64,000 nucleotides of DNA from the IMG/VR virus record IMGVR_UViG_3300044796_000394; one strand, written 5' to 3'. This DNA is from a virus. Taxonomy: Duplodnaviria > Heunggongvirae > Uroviricota > Caudoviricetes. Of this stretch, positions 55,497 through 64,000 are shown piece after piece. The stretch's first letter is position 1. Each line of letters opens with the position of its first letter. The notes under the pieces were generated by a model. It worked only from the letters and a program-made list of their open reading frames with translations. It did no database searches and was not told the origin of the DNA. Made by a program: the position numbers and the translations under genes.

Positions 55497-58400
55497 ATGG
55501 CGAATTTTTCTATATCTGATGAAAACGGTCGGTCGAGCAATTTTGATGTGCCGGATGGAATGTCACCGGCTGACCTTGCCAAAGCATTAGCCGACTCACT
55601 CAAAGGGCCGGTAGGCAAAGCCACACCATACAACAAAGGCAAATCCCCAGAGCAACAAAGGGCAATTGAACAACTCAAGCAAATTGAAAAGTTTAACGAT
55701 GGATTGAGTGAAGCTAATGAATCCCTAAAAAATATCCTATCTGTTCTGGCAACTAAGGGCAGTGGCGGAAGTAGAGGTTCAACGGTTCGTGGATTCAGTA
55801 ACGGTCGTGGTTATGGTGGTGGCAGTTCTGGAGAAGTTGGCATTGGCGAAGCAGGTTCTGCAAGAGTTGAACGCACCATGACCAATATCTCCCATTCGGC
55901 GCATGACATCACAAATGAAATGCGATTGATGAAGGGTCATGCTGGTACTTACGGTACCAAACTCAAATTGCTCAAAGGCGACTTCGCAAAAATATTAGGC
56001 GATCTTGAAACGAAAATTCACTTTGACAAAGAAGATGCTGCACTTATGGAACGTGGTTTAGCCAACTTCCATAAAATGAATGCCGAACAAAGAGACTTCC
56101 TCCAAAAGCGTGCTCACGATCTACAAAAGATTCGTGTTGAATTGGATGCGATGGCCGATGGACAATCCAAAGATTACGCAGCAGCCAAGTACGAAGACCG
56201 ATTACGGGACTTTGTAAGAAACATGTCTTACGCTGCCAATGCTTCCATGACGACAATGATGGACAGACTCCGCAGCTTTGGTTCGGCAATGAGCAGTGTC
56301 GCCAAAACATTAACTGTCAAAGACCTAGTACAAGTAGATTTTCACCTAGACCCCGGACAAATGGCCGATGAGTCCGTTAAGTGGTTGCGTGACATCAATC
56401 AAGCCATGTTTGACGCTACCGGCAATGCGGAAGACATGCGAAAGTCCCAAAAGGGCTTCTACACCGACATTTATAAGTTGGGCTTAGATATTGAAAACAT
56501 CTACGCTGAAACTGGACAAACCGCAGCGGGATGGCGTAAAGAGCTAATGATTATGACCCGCCAAGGTATGCGGGGCGGAAAACAATTAGAGAACACAGTT
56601 AAAGCCGGTTTGTCATTGGCACATCTGATCGGTACTGATGCTACAGCTACCACGCAGGAAATTGGCGGATGGGTACAAGGCTTCGATCTATCCAATGCCG
56701 CTGCGATGAACCTGACTGCTAATATTCGTCAAGTTGGACGAATGACAGGCATTACAGGTGAAAGTCTCTTACAGGCAACTCAGAATGCTAGAGCCTTAGC
56801 TAAGCAAATGTTCAACTTCGGCATGTATAGCGAAGCAGGAACAAAGTCGTTGATCGGCCTGTCGGCGCAAGCCAAGAGGATGGGTACTGAAAATAAGTCT
56901 AATGAAATCATGATGGGGTTGATGGGACAACAAAACCTTTACGAAAGAACCTCACCGGGCATGAGAGCATTCATGGTACGTGCTGCTTCGCAAGGCGGCG
57001 TCATGAATCAACTTCAGAATGGCGAAGTACTTAACGATGCTGGTTCCAAGAGAAGCTTTGCTGGCGGCATGAGAGGATCACTGAATAACTTCTTGGGTAT
57101 GATGGGTGTATCAAACGTTTCACAACTCAAGGGACAAAACCTCATCAGCGCCAACAATTTCGCCAAGGGTAATGGATTTGATGGTATTATTGAACTCGAA
57201 CGCACAATTAAGAGCTTTGAGAATTCAGCACTTTCAATCGAAGATAAGATTGCCAGCATCACAAAGGATATAGCCACCAACGTTTACAGTACGAAAGAAC
57301 TTGAAGACCTCAATAAAGAGGTTGAATTGTTACGTGCTGGTAAGACCAAAGAAGAATTTACGGATGCGATCACCAAGCTAATTGACGAGTCAAGATCAGG
57401 TGTTAATGTTGAAGATAAGCTAAGAAATGCTGTTGATATGCTCAACAGAAACACTAAAAAGAAGATTACAGAAAAGCAAATCGGTGAAGCGTTAGCTAAA
57501 GGGCCAACTGGCTTTAAGGATTTATTAGAAGATGTCAGTAAGGCTTTACAAGATTCTGATCTTGAGGATAAGCAAAAGGGATTAGATCCAGCGACAGCCG
57601 CAACTAGAACTTTGGCCGACCAGATGTTGGCAATGCAAAAACAAGTAGAAGCACTAAGACTCGTAACGTTAACACAAACCGAGTTGGTAGTTCGTGCCAA
57701 TACTGAAGCAATTGTTGACTTGATGAACAAACTAATGGGCTTCAAGGATGAAATGGTTGCCTTGAAACATGCCGTTGTTGCATTGAGCGGCGTTAATGCT
57801 GCTAAGATGTTGGCTCCGGGTGGAATGGGTGGTGGAGCAGGCGCATTGGGTGTGGGTCTAATCGGTGCCGGATTAGTAGCAACAGTTGATCAACGAGTCA
57901 AAGCCGATAAAGCCGACACGGCGCAATACGAAAAGCAAGTACTTGACCATTTTGGCAATCAAAATGGTGTGGCTCAAGCGGCCTTAGACGAACAACTGAA
58001 AAAGACACAAAATGCTTTTGAACAAAAAATCATTCTGAAGCAGAAGGAATTGACCGATAGAACGAATCAAGTATTGGCAGATTCCGCAAGTTGGGACAAA
58101 CGGTCAAATGACAAAGATGTCCAAATTCAGCGTGGATTAGGAGGTTGGTTCAAGAATCAACTTGGTTATGAAGGTCGTAAAGAACAAAAGGCCCAAGATG
58201 CCGAAATGGCGAAGAAGTTAACCGACGAAGCATTGTCGATTAAGGGTGAACAAGAAGGATTGAATGCCCTTAGAGGGAAACAAAACGATGTTGCTAATGC
58301 ACGTGAAGCTTTCCGTCTCAAGATGGGAAGCAAGGCCGGTGATGAAGCATGGAATAAGTACTTCACCGAAGCTGCAAGCAAGAAGATGGGCCAAAACTTC

Positions 58401-59030
58401 GCAAACTACCATTATGCTGTAATGGGCGTGTCGCCGGAAGCTGGTAAAGCCATCTTTAATGAATCTAATGGAATGGGACCGGCAGGTGGTGTTGAATCGT
58501 TGGATGATTTGGGAATTAAGACCAAATCATTCAATGATGCTATGCTAAACATGAACGATCTAGCCGCTGCTGGATTGAAGCCGGGATCAATTTATGTTCA
58601 CGATACTCACTTGGAAGACCTATTAAAGAATGTTCCGGGTTACATGCAAACGCTAACTACTGCGCCTATGGAAATGGCACTAGCTAGGCCGGAAGAGGTT
58701 GCGGTTGCGGTTGCCGAACAATTGAACCAATCGGTACTTCACAGACGGATTGAAACGGAATTCGCAGGTATTGATGTCGATGCTACGATGCATTTAGCCA
58801 ATGATTTGTTGGCTCAAATTGCCTATAGCAATAAAGAACAAGTGGATTTGATGAGACAACAAATTGGTGCCTTGATGGCAGTTGTCAGATCATTGGGTGG
58901 TGCTGCTGGCCCGGCTGGTAGTACCACAAATCCCGTTGTACCTTTGTCAACGCCTTCATATTACCAATGGAATATGAGACAGATGAATATGGCGAATTTC
59001 GGTGGCGTTGAAAACTATGTTCGAGGATAA
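55497..59030 (+). CDS. Tape-measure-like protein
   Basis: 1177 aa, Ala/Gly/Met-rich and predicted helical, with one hydrophobic Gly-rich segment. Confidence 0.6.
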   Translation: MANFSISDENGRSSNFDVPDGMSPADLAKALADSLKGPVGKATPYNKGKSPEQQRAIEQLKQIEKFNDGLSEANESLKNILSVLATKGSGGSRGSTVRGFSNGRGYGGGSSGEVGIGEAGSARVERTMTNISHSAHDITNEMRLMKGHAGTYGTKLKLLKGDFAKILGDLETKIHFDKEDAALMERGLANFHKMNAEQRDFLQKRAHDLQKIRVELDAMADGQSKDYAAAKYEDRLRDFVRNMSYAANASMTTMMDRLRSFGSAMSSVAKTLTVKDLVQVDFHLDPGQMADESVKWLRDINQAMFDATGNAEDMRKSQKGFYTDIYKLGLDIENIYAETGQTAAGWRKELMIMTRQGMRGGKQLENTVKAGLSLAHLIGTDATATTQEIGGWVQGFDLSNAAAMNLTANIRQVGRMTGITGESLLQATQNARALAKQMFNFGMYSEAGTKSLIGLSAQAKRMGTENKSNEIMMGLMGQQNLYERTSPGMRAFMVRAASQGGVMNQLQNGEVLNDAGSKRSFAGGMRGSLNNFLGMMGVSNVSQLKGQNLISANNFAKGNGFDGIIELERTIKSFENSALSIEDKIASITKDIATNVYSTKELEDLNKEVELLRAGKTKEEFTDAITKLIDESRSGVNVEDKLRNAVDMLNRNTKKKITEKQIGEALAKGPTGFKDLLEDVSKALQDSDLEDKQKGLDPATAATRTLADQMLAMQKQVEALRLVTLTQTELVVRANTEAIVDLMNKLMGFKDEMVALKHAVVALSGVNAAKMLAPGGMGGGAGALGVGLIGAGLVATVDQRVKADKADTAQYEKQVLDHFGNQNGVAQAALDEQLKKTQNAFEQKIILKQKELTDRTNQVLADSASWDKRSNDKDVQIQRGLGGWFKNQLGYEGRKEQKAQDAEMAKKLTDEALSIKGEQEGLNALRGKQNDVANAREAFRLKMGSKAGDEAWNKYFTEAASKKMGQNFANYHYAVMGVSPEAGKAIFNESNGMGPAGGVESLDDLGIKTKSFNDAMLNMNDLAAAGLKPGSIYVHDTHLEDLLKNVPGYMQTLTTAPMEMALARPEEVAVAVAEQLNQSVLHRRIETEFAGIDVDATMHLANDLLAQIAYSNKEQVDLMRQQIGALMAVVRSLGGAAGPAGSTTNPVVPLSTPSYYQWNMRQMNMANFGGVENYVRG

Positions 59031-59066
59031 AAAAATAAAATGCAAAAGTTGACAATACATAATGAT

Positions 59067-60353
59067 ATGACTTCTATTCTTGAATTAATGGGCTGCAATT
59101 TTACCAACTTTGTTAATTACAAAGAAGGCAAAGATACAGCAGCTATCGAACCCCACGTTATCAAAGCTGATCCACCGATGAAAATTCCGGCTGGATTGAA
59201 GAGATTGGCTGAAGCCTTCAAAAAGGCCAAGGAAGTTTCTATCGGCAAGGAAATCGATACGAAAGCCGGTGGCGAAAAAGACGTTACGCTTAAAGCCAAA
59301 CGCCTCTTTATCGTAGGCGGTGCCGTACGTGATCACATGCTGAACCACACGCCAAAGAACTTTGACTTGGCTACTGATGCCCACCCAGAAGAAGTCACTA
59401 AGATTTTACAAGCTGCAAAGCCTTCTATTCAAATTGTCAAGCAAGACCCCAAAAAGGGCTGTACGACAGTTAAAGTTGACGGTGAAAGCTACGAAATCCA
59501 AACTCTCAAAAAGAAGAGCGATAATAAAGAAGAAGGCGATGTTTTCACGGCAGAACCGGGCGAAGATAGCCAAAGTCGTGATTACACAGTTAACGCCCTT
59601 TATTACGATATTTGTGCCAATCAAATCATTGACCACGTTGGAGGATTGCGTCACCTTCAAGACGGTACTGTAAAAGCCATTGGTGGTGCGGATAAACTCA
59701 AAGCTGATGGGATGACGAAATTCAAAGGCATGAGATTATTGAATACCATGCCAAACGGTAAGTTTGATGATGAAACCAAAGCGGCAATGGATAAACATAG
59801 CGGTGATGATGAAGACCTCAATCCAGAAAAAGTGAGAGAAGAATTCTTGCGAGGATTGGAACACGCCCACAGTGATGTTAAGAAGTACATCCAATCTTAT
59901 GCACAACAAGGATTGCTGGCAAAGGTGTTCCCAAAACTCCAAATTTCTAAGGATGTTCCAGATTCAATTTCCAAGAGTCGCCCCCTCGTTTTGGCTTTCT
60001 TGTTAAAAGACAACAAACCTTCCAAGTTGGTACCAGCATTGAAAGCTTTGAAGTACAGCGATAGAGAAATCAAAGATGCTGTTTACCTTATCAATCTGCT
60101 TTGGTTCGCCCCAGACTTTGTGTACGAATTCAAGAAAGAACTTTTGAATACGAGTCTCACCCGTCGCCAAATTCTGGATTGGGCTAAATTAGTTAAGCTC
60201 GATAAAGGCATGATTGAAAAATTGGTAGATTATCAACTCAGAATTAACGGTGATAATGTTCCCAAGTCGCCCGGTGAAGACGCTACTGCTTCCCGTGAGA
60301 AGATTAAGAAGATGGAAGCCGACGAATTCAAAAAAACCTTATCGGAGAAGTAA
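59067..60353 (+). CDS. tRNA nucleotidyltransferase/poly(A) polymerase family protein, catalytically degenerate
   Basis: LFIVGGAVRD..L...PKNFDLATDA and ED...RDYTVNALYYD...D.VGG...L. The DxD reads NxD, RRD reads SRD and EDxLR is absent. Start placed at ATG 59067 after TACATA-N5. Confidence 0.8.
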   Translation: MTSILELMGCNFTNFVNYKEGKDTAAIEPHVIKADPPMKIPAGLKRLAEAFKKAKEVSIGKEIDTKAGGEKDVTLKAKRLFIVGGAVRDHMLNHTPKNFDLATDAHPEEVTKILQAAKPSIQIVKQDPKKGCTTVKVDGESYEIQTLKKKSDNKEEGDVFTAEPGEDSQSRDYTVNALYYDICANQIIDHVGGLRHLQDGTVKAIGGADKLKADGMTKFKGMRLLNTMPNGKFDDETKAAMDKHSGDDEDLNPEKVREEFLRGLEHAHSDVKKYIQSYAQQGLLAKVFPKLQISKDVPDSISKSRPLVLAFLLKDNKPSKLVPALKALKYSDREIKDAVYLINLLWFAPDFVYEFKKELLNTSLTRRQILDWAKLVKLDKGMIEKLVDYQLRINGDNVPKSPGEDATASREKIKKMEADEFKKTLSEK

Positions 60354-61249
60354 TGGATAGTTTTGAAGAATATCGTAAACTTCACGAAGAAGAACAGCCG
60401 GGGATCGACCAAACCGGCTCAATTGAGCAAGTCCCACAACCTGCCCCACCCGATCACACCTTAGCTAACGTACTGAGTAGTGCTGGCTTGGGTTTAGTGA
60501 TGGGTGTTTTAGGTGCCTATGGCCTCAAACAAGTTCAAAAAGCATTATATCGCAGCGGTTATGGTTCAGGCCCACAAGCCTTTGTCAGATACGCCAAAAA
60601 TCTCGTTGGCATTAAACCTTATCAACCCCATAAATTTACGCCAGAAGAACAAAAGGCTATTAGTCGTAAGTTCTCTGAAATGATGAGTCAAGAGCGTGCA
60701 GCGATGCGTGGCAAAGACGAAGCCAAGCCAACGGAAGACAATAATCCCTTATTGGCTGACCGCATCAAGGATTTTATCGGACGCATTTTCAATCCAGCAA
60801 AATCACCGAGACGAGCTACGGCGGCACTTGCTAGAGCGGTTATCGCATTCAGCAGAAACGCCCAACCAGAACAAACAGATGTCCAAACAGTTCTCGGTGC
60901 CTTGTCTAGCGGAAGTGCTTCGGACGAATTCAAGACTTGGTACAGTGCCAACGCAACCAAAGCTAAAGACATCAATAAGACGATTGGTGCTGGTAAAAAC
61001 AAACGACCACTTCAATACACCAAGTACGATCTTGGCAAGTTGCCAATGAAACAAATTGATTTCGGTTTGATAGTTAAGTTCTTCCGATCAATTTACGGCC
61101 ATCAAATGAGCGGCAAGACACCAGAAGACGCCAAGCCCCAAGCAAAAGTTATCGGACTTCAAAGTGATGCTGAAAAGCAAGCTAGGGATCATAGACTTGA
61201 CGTAACGGCGAATGCCCTACAAAGCAATCGTGGCGAACCTGCTGTATAA
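60353..61249 (+). CDS. hypothetical, probable head-packaged protein
   Basis: Starts MDSFEEYRKLHEE and has one hydrophobic segment. Confidence 0.6.
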   Translation: MDSFEEYRKLHEEEQPGIDQTGSIEQVPQPAPPDHTLANVLSSAGLGLVMGVLGAYGLKQVQKALYRSGYGSGPQAFVRYAKNLVGIKPYQPHKFTPEEQKAISRKFSEMMSQERAAMRGKDEAKPTEDNNPLLADRIKDFIGRIFNPAKSPRRATAALARAVIAFSRNAQPEQTDVQTVLGALSSGSASDEFKTWYSANATKAKDINKTIGAGKNKRPLQYTKYDLGKLPMKQIDFGLIVKFFRSIYGHQMSGKTPEDAKPQAKVIGLQSDAEKQARDHRLDVTANALQSNRGEPAV

Positions 61250-61250
61250 C

Positions 61251-61279
61251 AAAAAAGCCCCGCATTGCGGGGCTTTTTT
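61251..61279. terminator. Bidirectional intrinsic terminator
   Basis: AAAAAAGCCCCGCA-T-TGCGGGGCTTTTTT between convergent genes. Confidence 0.9.
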
Positions 61280-61455
61280 CATTTATTGATTTTTTCACTC
61301 ACTGTGGAATCGCCTTCTTGAGCTATCCAAAGTAATTCACCAGTGTTGGAATTCCAGAAGGCAATACCATAACGGTTCTCACACACTTCATTCCAACCTA
61401 TATTTGCTCTGATTTTGTATGCTTCTTCATTCGTAATGGGGCGAGACTTGTACAT
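61279..61455 (-). CDS. 58-aa hypothetical protein (below the ORF-track cutoff)
   Basis: MYKSRPITNEEAYKIRANIGWNEVCENRYGIAFWNSNTGELLWIAQ..., with an AAGGA SD and a strong promoter upstream. Confidence 0.55.
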   Translation of the reverse strand: MYKSRPITNEEAYKIRANIGWNEVCENRYGIAFWNSNTGELLWIAQEGDSTVSEKINK

Positions 61456-61481
61456 GATGAATCATCCTTTTGGAAAAGAAC

Positions 61482-61511
61482 ACTATATCACAAATTAATG
61501 CCAATTGTCAA
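61482..61511 (-). promoter_or_regulatory. Strong sigma70-like promoter
   Basis: TTGACA-N18-TATAGT with an extended -10 TG. Confidence 0.65.
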
Positions 61512-61978
61512 GTCTTTTTATCAATCACCCACGCTAAAGGATAATTGCCATGAACCTGTAAATATTCTTTTTCGAAAACCTTTTTCTCAAACCATTGTTT
61601 GGCAACCATACCCGATCCTAAGTCATCGTGGGCATTCACAACTTGGAACGAAAAAAGACTTTGCTTAACTACTAACATCAAGTGAATTTGTGGTTTCCCA
61701 TCGTAATACCACTTGGAAGAAATTGCGACTATCGATCCCTTTTCCAAAGCTTTCTCAATGTCGGCAAGCTCCATTTGGCCGAACATATCAAATTTGGCAT
61801 CAAGGGTTTTCAACGTCCGAACAAACTCTTTAGGCGAAATGCCGTCTTTATCGCATTTCATTTGCTCGACAAATAATTTATATTGCTTTTCATACGTCCA
61901 AGGTAATCCCAACCATTTCCCAATATTAATAATTGCTATGGGGGCGCAAGAAAAAGAATTGCGTTGTTTAACGTACAT
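61508..61978 (-). CDS. Peptidase C39-like cysteine protease
   Basis: Q.NSFSCAPIAI.N, HLMLV and VVN suggest a Cys-His-Asn arrangement. Confidence 0.7.
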   Translation of the reverse strand: MYVKQRNSFSCAPIAIINIGKWLGLPWTYEKQYKLFVEQMKCDKDGISPKEFVRTLKTLDAKFDMFGQMELADIEKALEKGSIVAISSKWYYDGKPQIHLMLVVKQSLFSFQVVNAHDDLGSGMVAKQWFEKKVFEKEYLQVHGNYPLAWVIDKKT

Positions 61979-61993
61979 CTTAAATCTTCCATG

Positions 61994-62353
61994 TTACTTT
62001 GGAAACTTCTTTTCTGAATATTTGCGAACCACTTCAATCATTTGGTCATTTTGTTTTCGAGTTGACAAATTCTTCCATTCATCGCCTATTAACTTTATAT
62101 GAGCAGCAACAGCACTATGTATACCGTCCATCACCCCTCCAATAGCTTTCCCCGATTCCACAGTTGTAATTAATTCTGCTTCGCCGCCATCATTGGAACA
62201 AACTTGTTTTAAGGCTTGTTCTTCAGTCATACCACGCTCTTTGAGCTGTAAGTATCTTGGGAATGAAGTAGACCACAACTCACCACGAAAATGTCCACGA
62301 CTTTCCGTAAAAGGTTTAGTAGTTTTGGTCTGAAGAATGATGTAATAAGGCAT
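61994..62353 (-). CDS. hypothetical protein
   Basis: 119-aa ORF with an AGGAGG SD. Confidence 0.6.
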   Translation of the reverse strand: MPYYIILQTKTTKPFTESRGHFRGELWSTSFPRYLQLKERGMTEEQALKQVCSNDGGEAELITTVESGKAIGGVMDGIHSAVAAHIKLIGDEWKNLSTRKQNDQMIEVVRKYSEKKFPK

Positions 62354-62355
62354 GA

Positions 62356-62697
62356 TTAATGAGTCCTCCTGAAACCCATCATTTTGTCAAGTAATTCAGT
62401 CAGATTGGCACCCGTCATGAAAGTTGCTTTGCCAATCTTCCAATAAGTCCACAACTTTCTACCCTTATAAAATCTCATGTTTTCATTGAAGGTTAATCTT
62501 AAACGCATTATTTTGGTTTCATGTTTGGTCAATGTACCATAACAAATCATGGCACCTTCCAAATTGCCACCGGCACCCATTTCACACGATTTACTACATT
62601 GGTGAATGGGCATTCCAGCAAGAGTTTCATAATGATGAGGCACCATGAACAAATCTATAGGATGCCCATTACAACAAGTTTCTGGCCATGTATCCAT
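62356..62697 (-). CDS. hypothetical protein
   Basis: 113-aa ORF with an AAGGA SD. Confidence 0.55.
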   Translation of the reverse strand: MDTWPETCCNGHPIDLFMVPHHYETLAGMPIHQCSKSCEMGAGGNLEGAMICYGTLTKHETKIMRLRLTFNENMRFYKGRKLWTYWKIGKATFMTGANLTELLDKMMGFRRTH

Positions 62698-62709
62698 TGA
62701 AAGTATCCT

Positions 62710-63270
62710 TTAAGTCTGGGCACAAAACAATAACTTGCCGTCTTTAATAACGGTTACGGATGCATTGCCAATGATCTTATCCGTCTTTGTTGACATCTTT
62801 GCCACAAGATCCAGAATGGGCGATAGGTGAGTAACAACGATTGAATATTTGGGCAATTCTTTGATGAAGCTACCCATGTCTTCGTAGTACTGCTTCATCG
62901 TTCTCGCATCTTGCGAAACGCCACTCTTGGGGAATGATCGCCAATCGTAATCGGGAAACTCTTTGTGCCTTGAAATCACATCCGTTAACTTCAATCTCTT
63001 GTACGCCGCATCAGGCGTTTCCGCAATCCGATGATCTACCGTGAAGTTAATGCCGATCTTATGAAGGGGCATAGCAGTGTGCAGTGTACGCAAGAATGGA
63101 CTGACAAACCCCCGAAAGGGTAAATCTTGCCATTGGTCACCCAAAAGGGATTTTAAACTTAACGTAATGCCTGCAAGCTGCTCTTGTCCTTTTTTGGAAA
63201 TATCACAATCGTGAAAATCCGTCTCATGTGCATTTAACAAAGAATGAACATGTCTAATAAGAACCAGCAT
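62710..63270 (-). CDS. Histidine phosphatase (phosphoglycerate mutase family)
   Basis: LIRHVHS..N, SPFLRTLHTA, RIAE and IVVTH, with an AGGAGG SD before ATG 63270. Confidence 0.8.
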   Translation of the reverse strand: MLVLIRHVHSLLNAHETDFHDCDISKKGQEQLAGITLSLKSLLGDQWQDLPFRGFVSPFLRTLHTAMPLHKIGINFTVDHRIAETPDAAYKRLKLTDVISRHKEFPDYDWRSFPKSGVSQDARTMKQYYEDMGSFIKELPKYSIVVTHLSPILDLVAKMSTKTDKIIGNASVTVIKDGKLLFCAQT

Positions 63271-63454
63271 CACTTTCCTCCTTGAGGATTTCACAGGTAA
63301 TTTTGGATTTTGACCGTCGCAACGTTGGGGGAAGTATATCACGAAAAACAAAATCTAGTTCTTCGGTAGTAAGCTGTCTGCTACCATCTATTCCCCTAGC
63401 CGTTGCACGGTCAGGTCTTCCGTTTGTCATCGCAAATTGAATTTTGATTGACAT
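63254..63454 (-). CDS. small hypothetical protein
   Basis: 66-aa ORF between aspS and the phosphatase. Confidence 0.45.
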   Translation of the reverse strand: MSIKIQFAMTNGRPDRATARGIDGSRQLTTEELDFVFRDILPPTLRRSKSKITCEILKEESDAGSY

Positions 63455-63456
63455 AA

Positions 63457-64000
63457 TTAAATCTCCGACGGCGCATCCATCACGGAAGTTTTACCGCTGC
63501 CCGTCATCGGGAACGGAATGACTTCTTTCATAGAAGTTTCGCCGCATACCAACATCGCCAACCTGTCTATTCCCAAAGCGATACCACCGTGCGGAGGCGT
63601 TCCCAAATCGAACGCTTCCAACATATGCCCAACACTCGCATTGATTTGAGCGTCGGAATATCCCATCACACGATAAGTAGCAGTTAACAATTCCCTACTG
63701 TGAGAACGAATGCTACCGCTACCGATTTCCATACCGTTACAAACCAAGTCGTACTGGTATGCTTGGATTTCGGCAATGTTTTCGCCTTTTTTGTGCCATT
63801 CGACATGTTCATCGATTGGCCGACTGAACGGGTTGTGCATGAACGTCCAGCCAGACTTACTATCTAGCTTGTCAATTTCTTCTTTGGCTTGCTTGAACAT
63901 CGGGAAGTTAACAATCCAACAGAAAGCCAAATCCCCGTTCGCCTTTTCCTTCTCGGTACGAATATCGGGTTTATCCGTGCCGTACTTGTCCATCGCCTCT
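63457..64000 (-). CDS. aspS: Aspartyl-tRNA synthetase, C-terminal part (5' end lies beyond the window)
   Basis: Motifs YGTDKPDIR, WIVNFPMF, HNPFS, YDLVCNG.EIGSGSIR and PPHGGIALGIDRL (motif 3). Confidence 0.95.
   Translation of the reverse strand, partial: EAMDKYGTDKPDIRTEKEKANGDLAFCWIVNFPMFKQAKEEIDKLDSKSGWTFMHNPFSRPIDEHVEWHKKGENIAEIQAYQYDLVCNGMEIGSGSIRSHSRELLTATYRVMGYSDAQINASVGHMLEAFDLGTPPHGGIALGIDRLAMLVCGETSMKEVIPFPMTGSGKTSVMDAPSEI

Noticed and set aside
62710-63270. RHV instead of RHG as a sign of an inactive phosphatase
   Set aside because: The catalytic Arg-His, the second Arg and the C-terminal His are all retained, and the third position varies in this family.
1-64000. Stop-codon reassignment (alternative genetic code) as seen in some large phages
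   Set aside because: Conserved genes are full length in code 11, and TAA, TAG and TGA all end genes at sensible positions.

Overview
This 64-kb window is from a large (jumbo/huge-type) tailed bacteriophage with a contractile tail and T4-superfamily-like virion genes. It uses the standard genetic code, and I found no tRNA, rRNA or CRISPR array. The left part (1-28 kb, mostly minus strand) holds accessory and replication genes: LAGLIDADG and HNH homing endonucleases, an SF2-like ATPase, an ADP-ribosyltransferase-like gene, an N4/N6 methyltransferase, a PLP trans-sulfuration enzyme, an MFS transporter, the N-terminal half of a DnaE polymerase, a lipoprotein serine protease, a complete GC-rich prkA(yeaG)-yeaH-spoVR(ycgB) module, folA, thyA and a gamma-glutamyl hydrolase-like gene. 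The middle (28-51 kb, minus strand) is a structural block: PKD-domain proteins, a shortened major-capsid paralogue and a canonical baseplate series interrupted by an endonuclease VII gene and a Dam gene. The right part (51-61 kb, plus strand) has head/tail-associated genes, a tape-measure-like protein and a degenerate CCA/poly(A) nucleotidyltransferase, followed by a C39 peptidase, a histidine phosphatase and a partial AspRS on the minus strand. The most notable observations are these. (1) The dnaE N-half only yields its conserved HxHSDFSLLDG motif through a -1 shift at G_GAU_UUU, followed 5 nt later by a 13/15-bp hairpin, which is a candidate programmed frameshift. (2) That polymerase stops just before its catalytic PDID motif with no intein. 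(3) The phage PrkA-YeaH-SpoVR module has an apparent ATA start for yeaH and a shared upstream 13-mer. (4) A TANATA-N4/5-ATG leaderless late-promoter pattern recurs at seven genes. All family assignments come from motif recognition by eye, and no database search was run.
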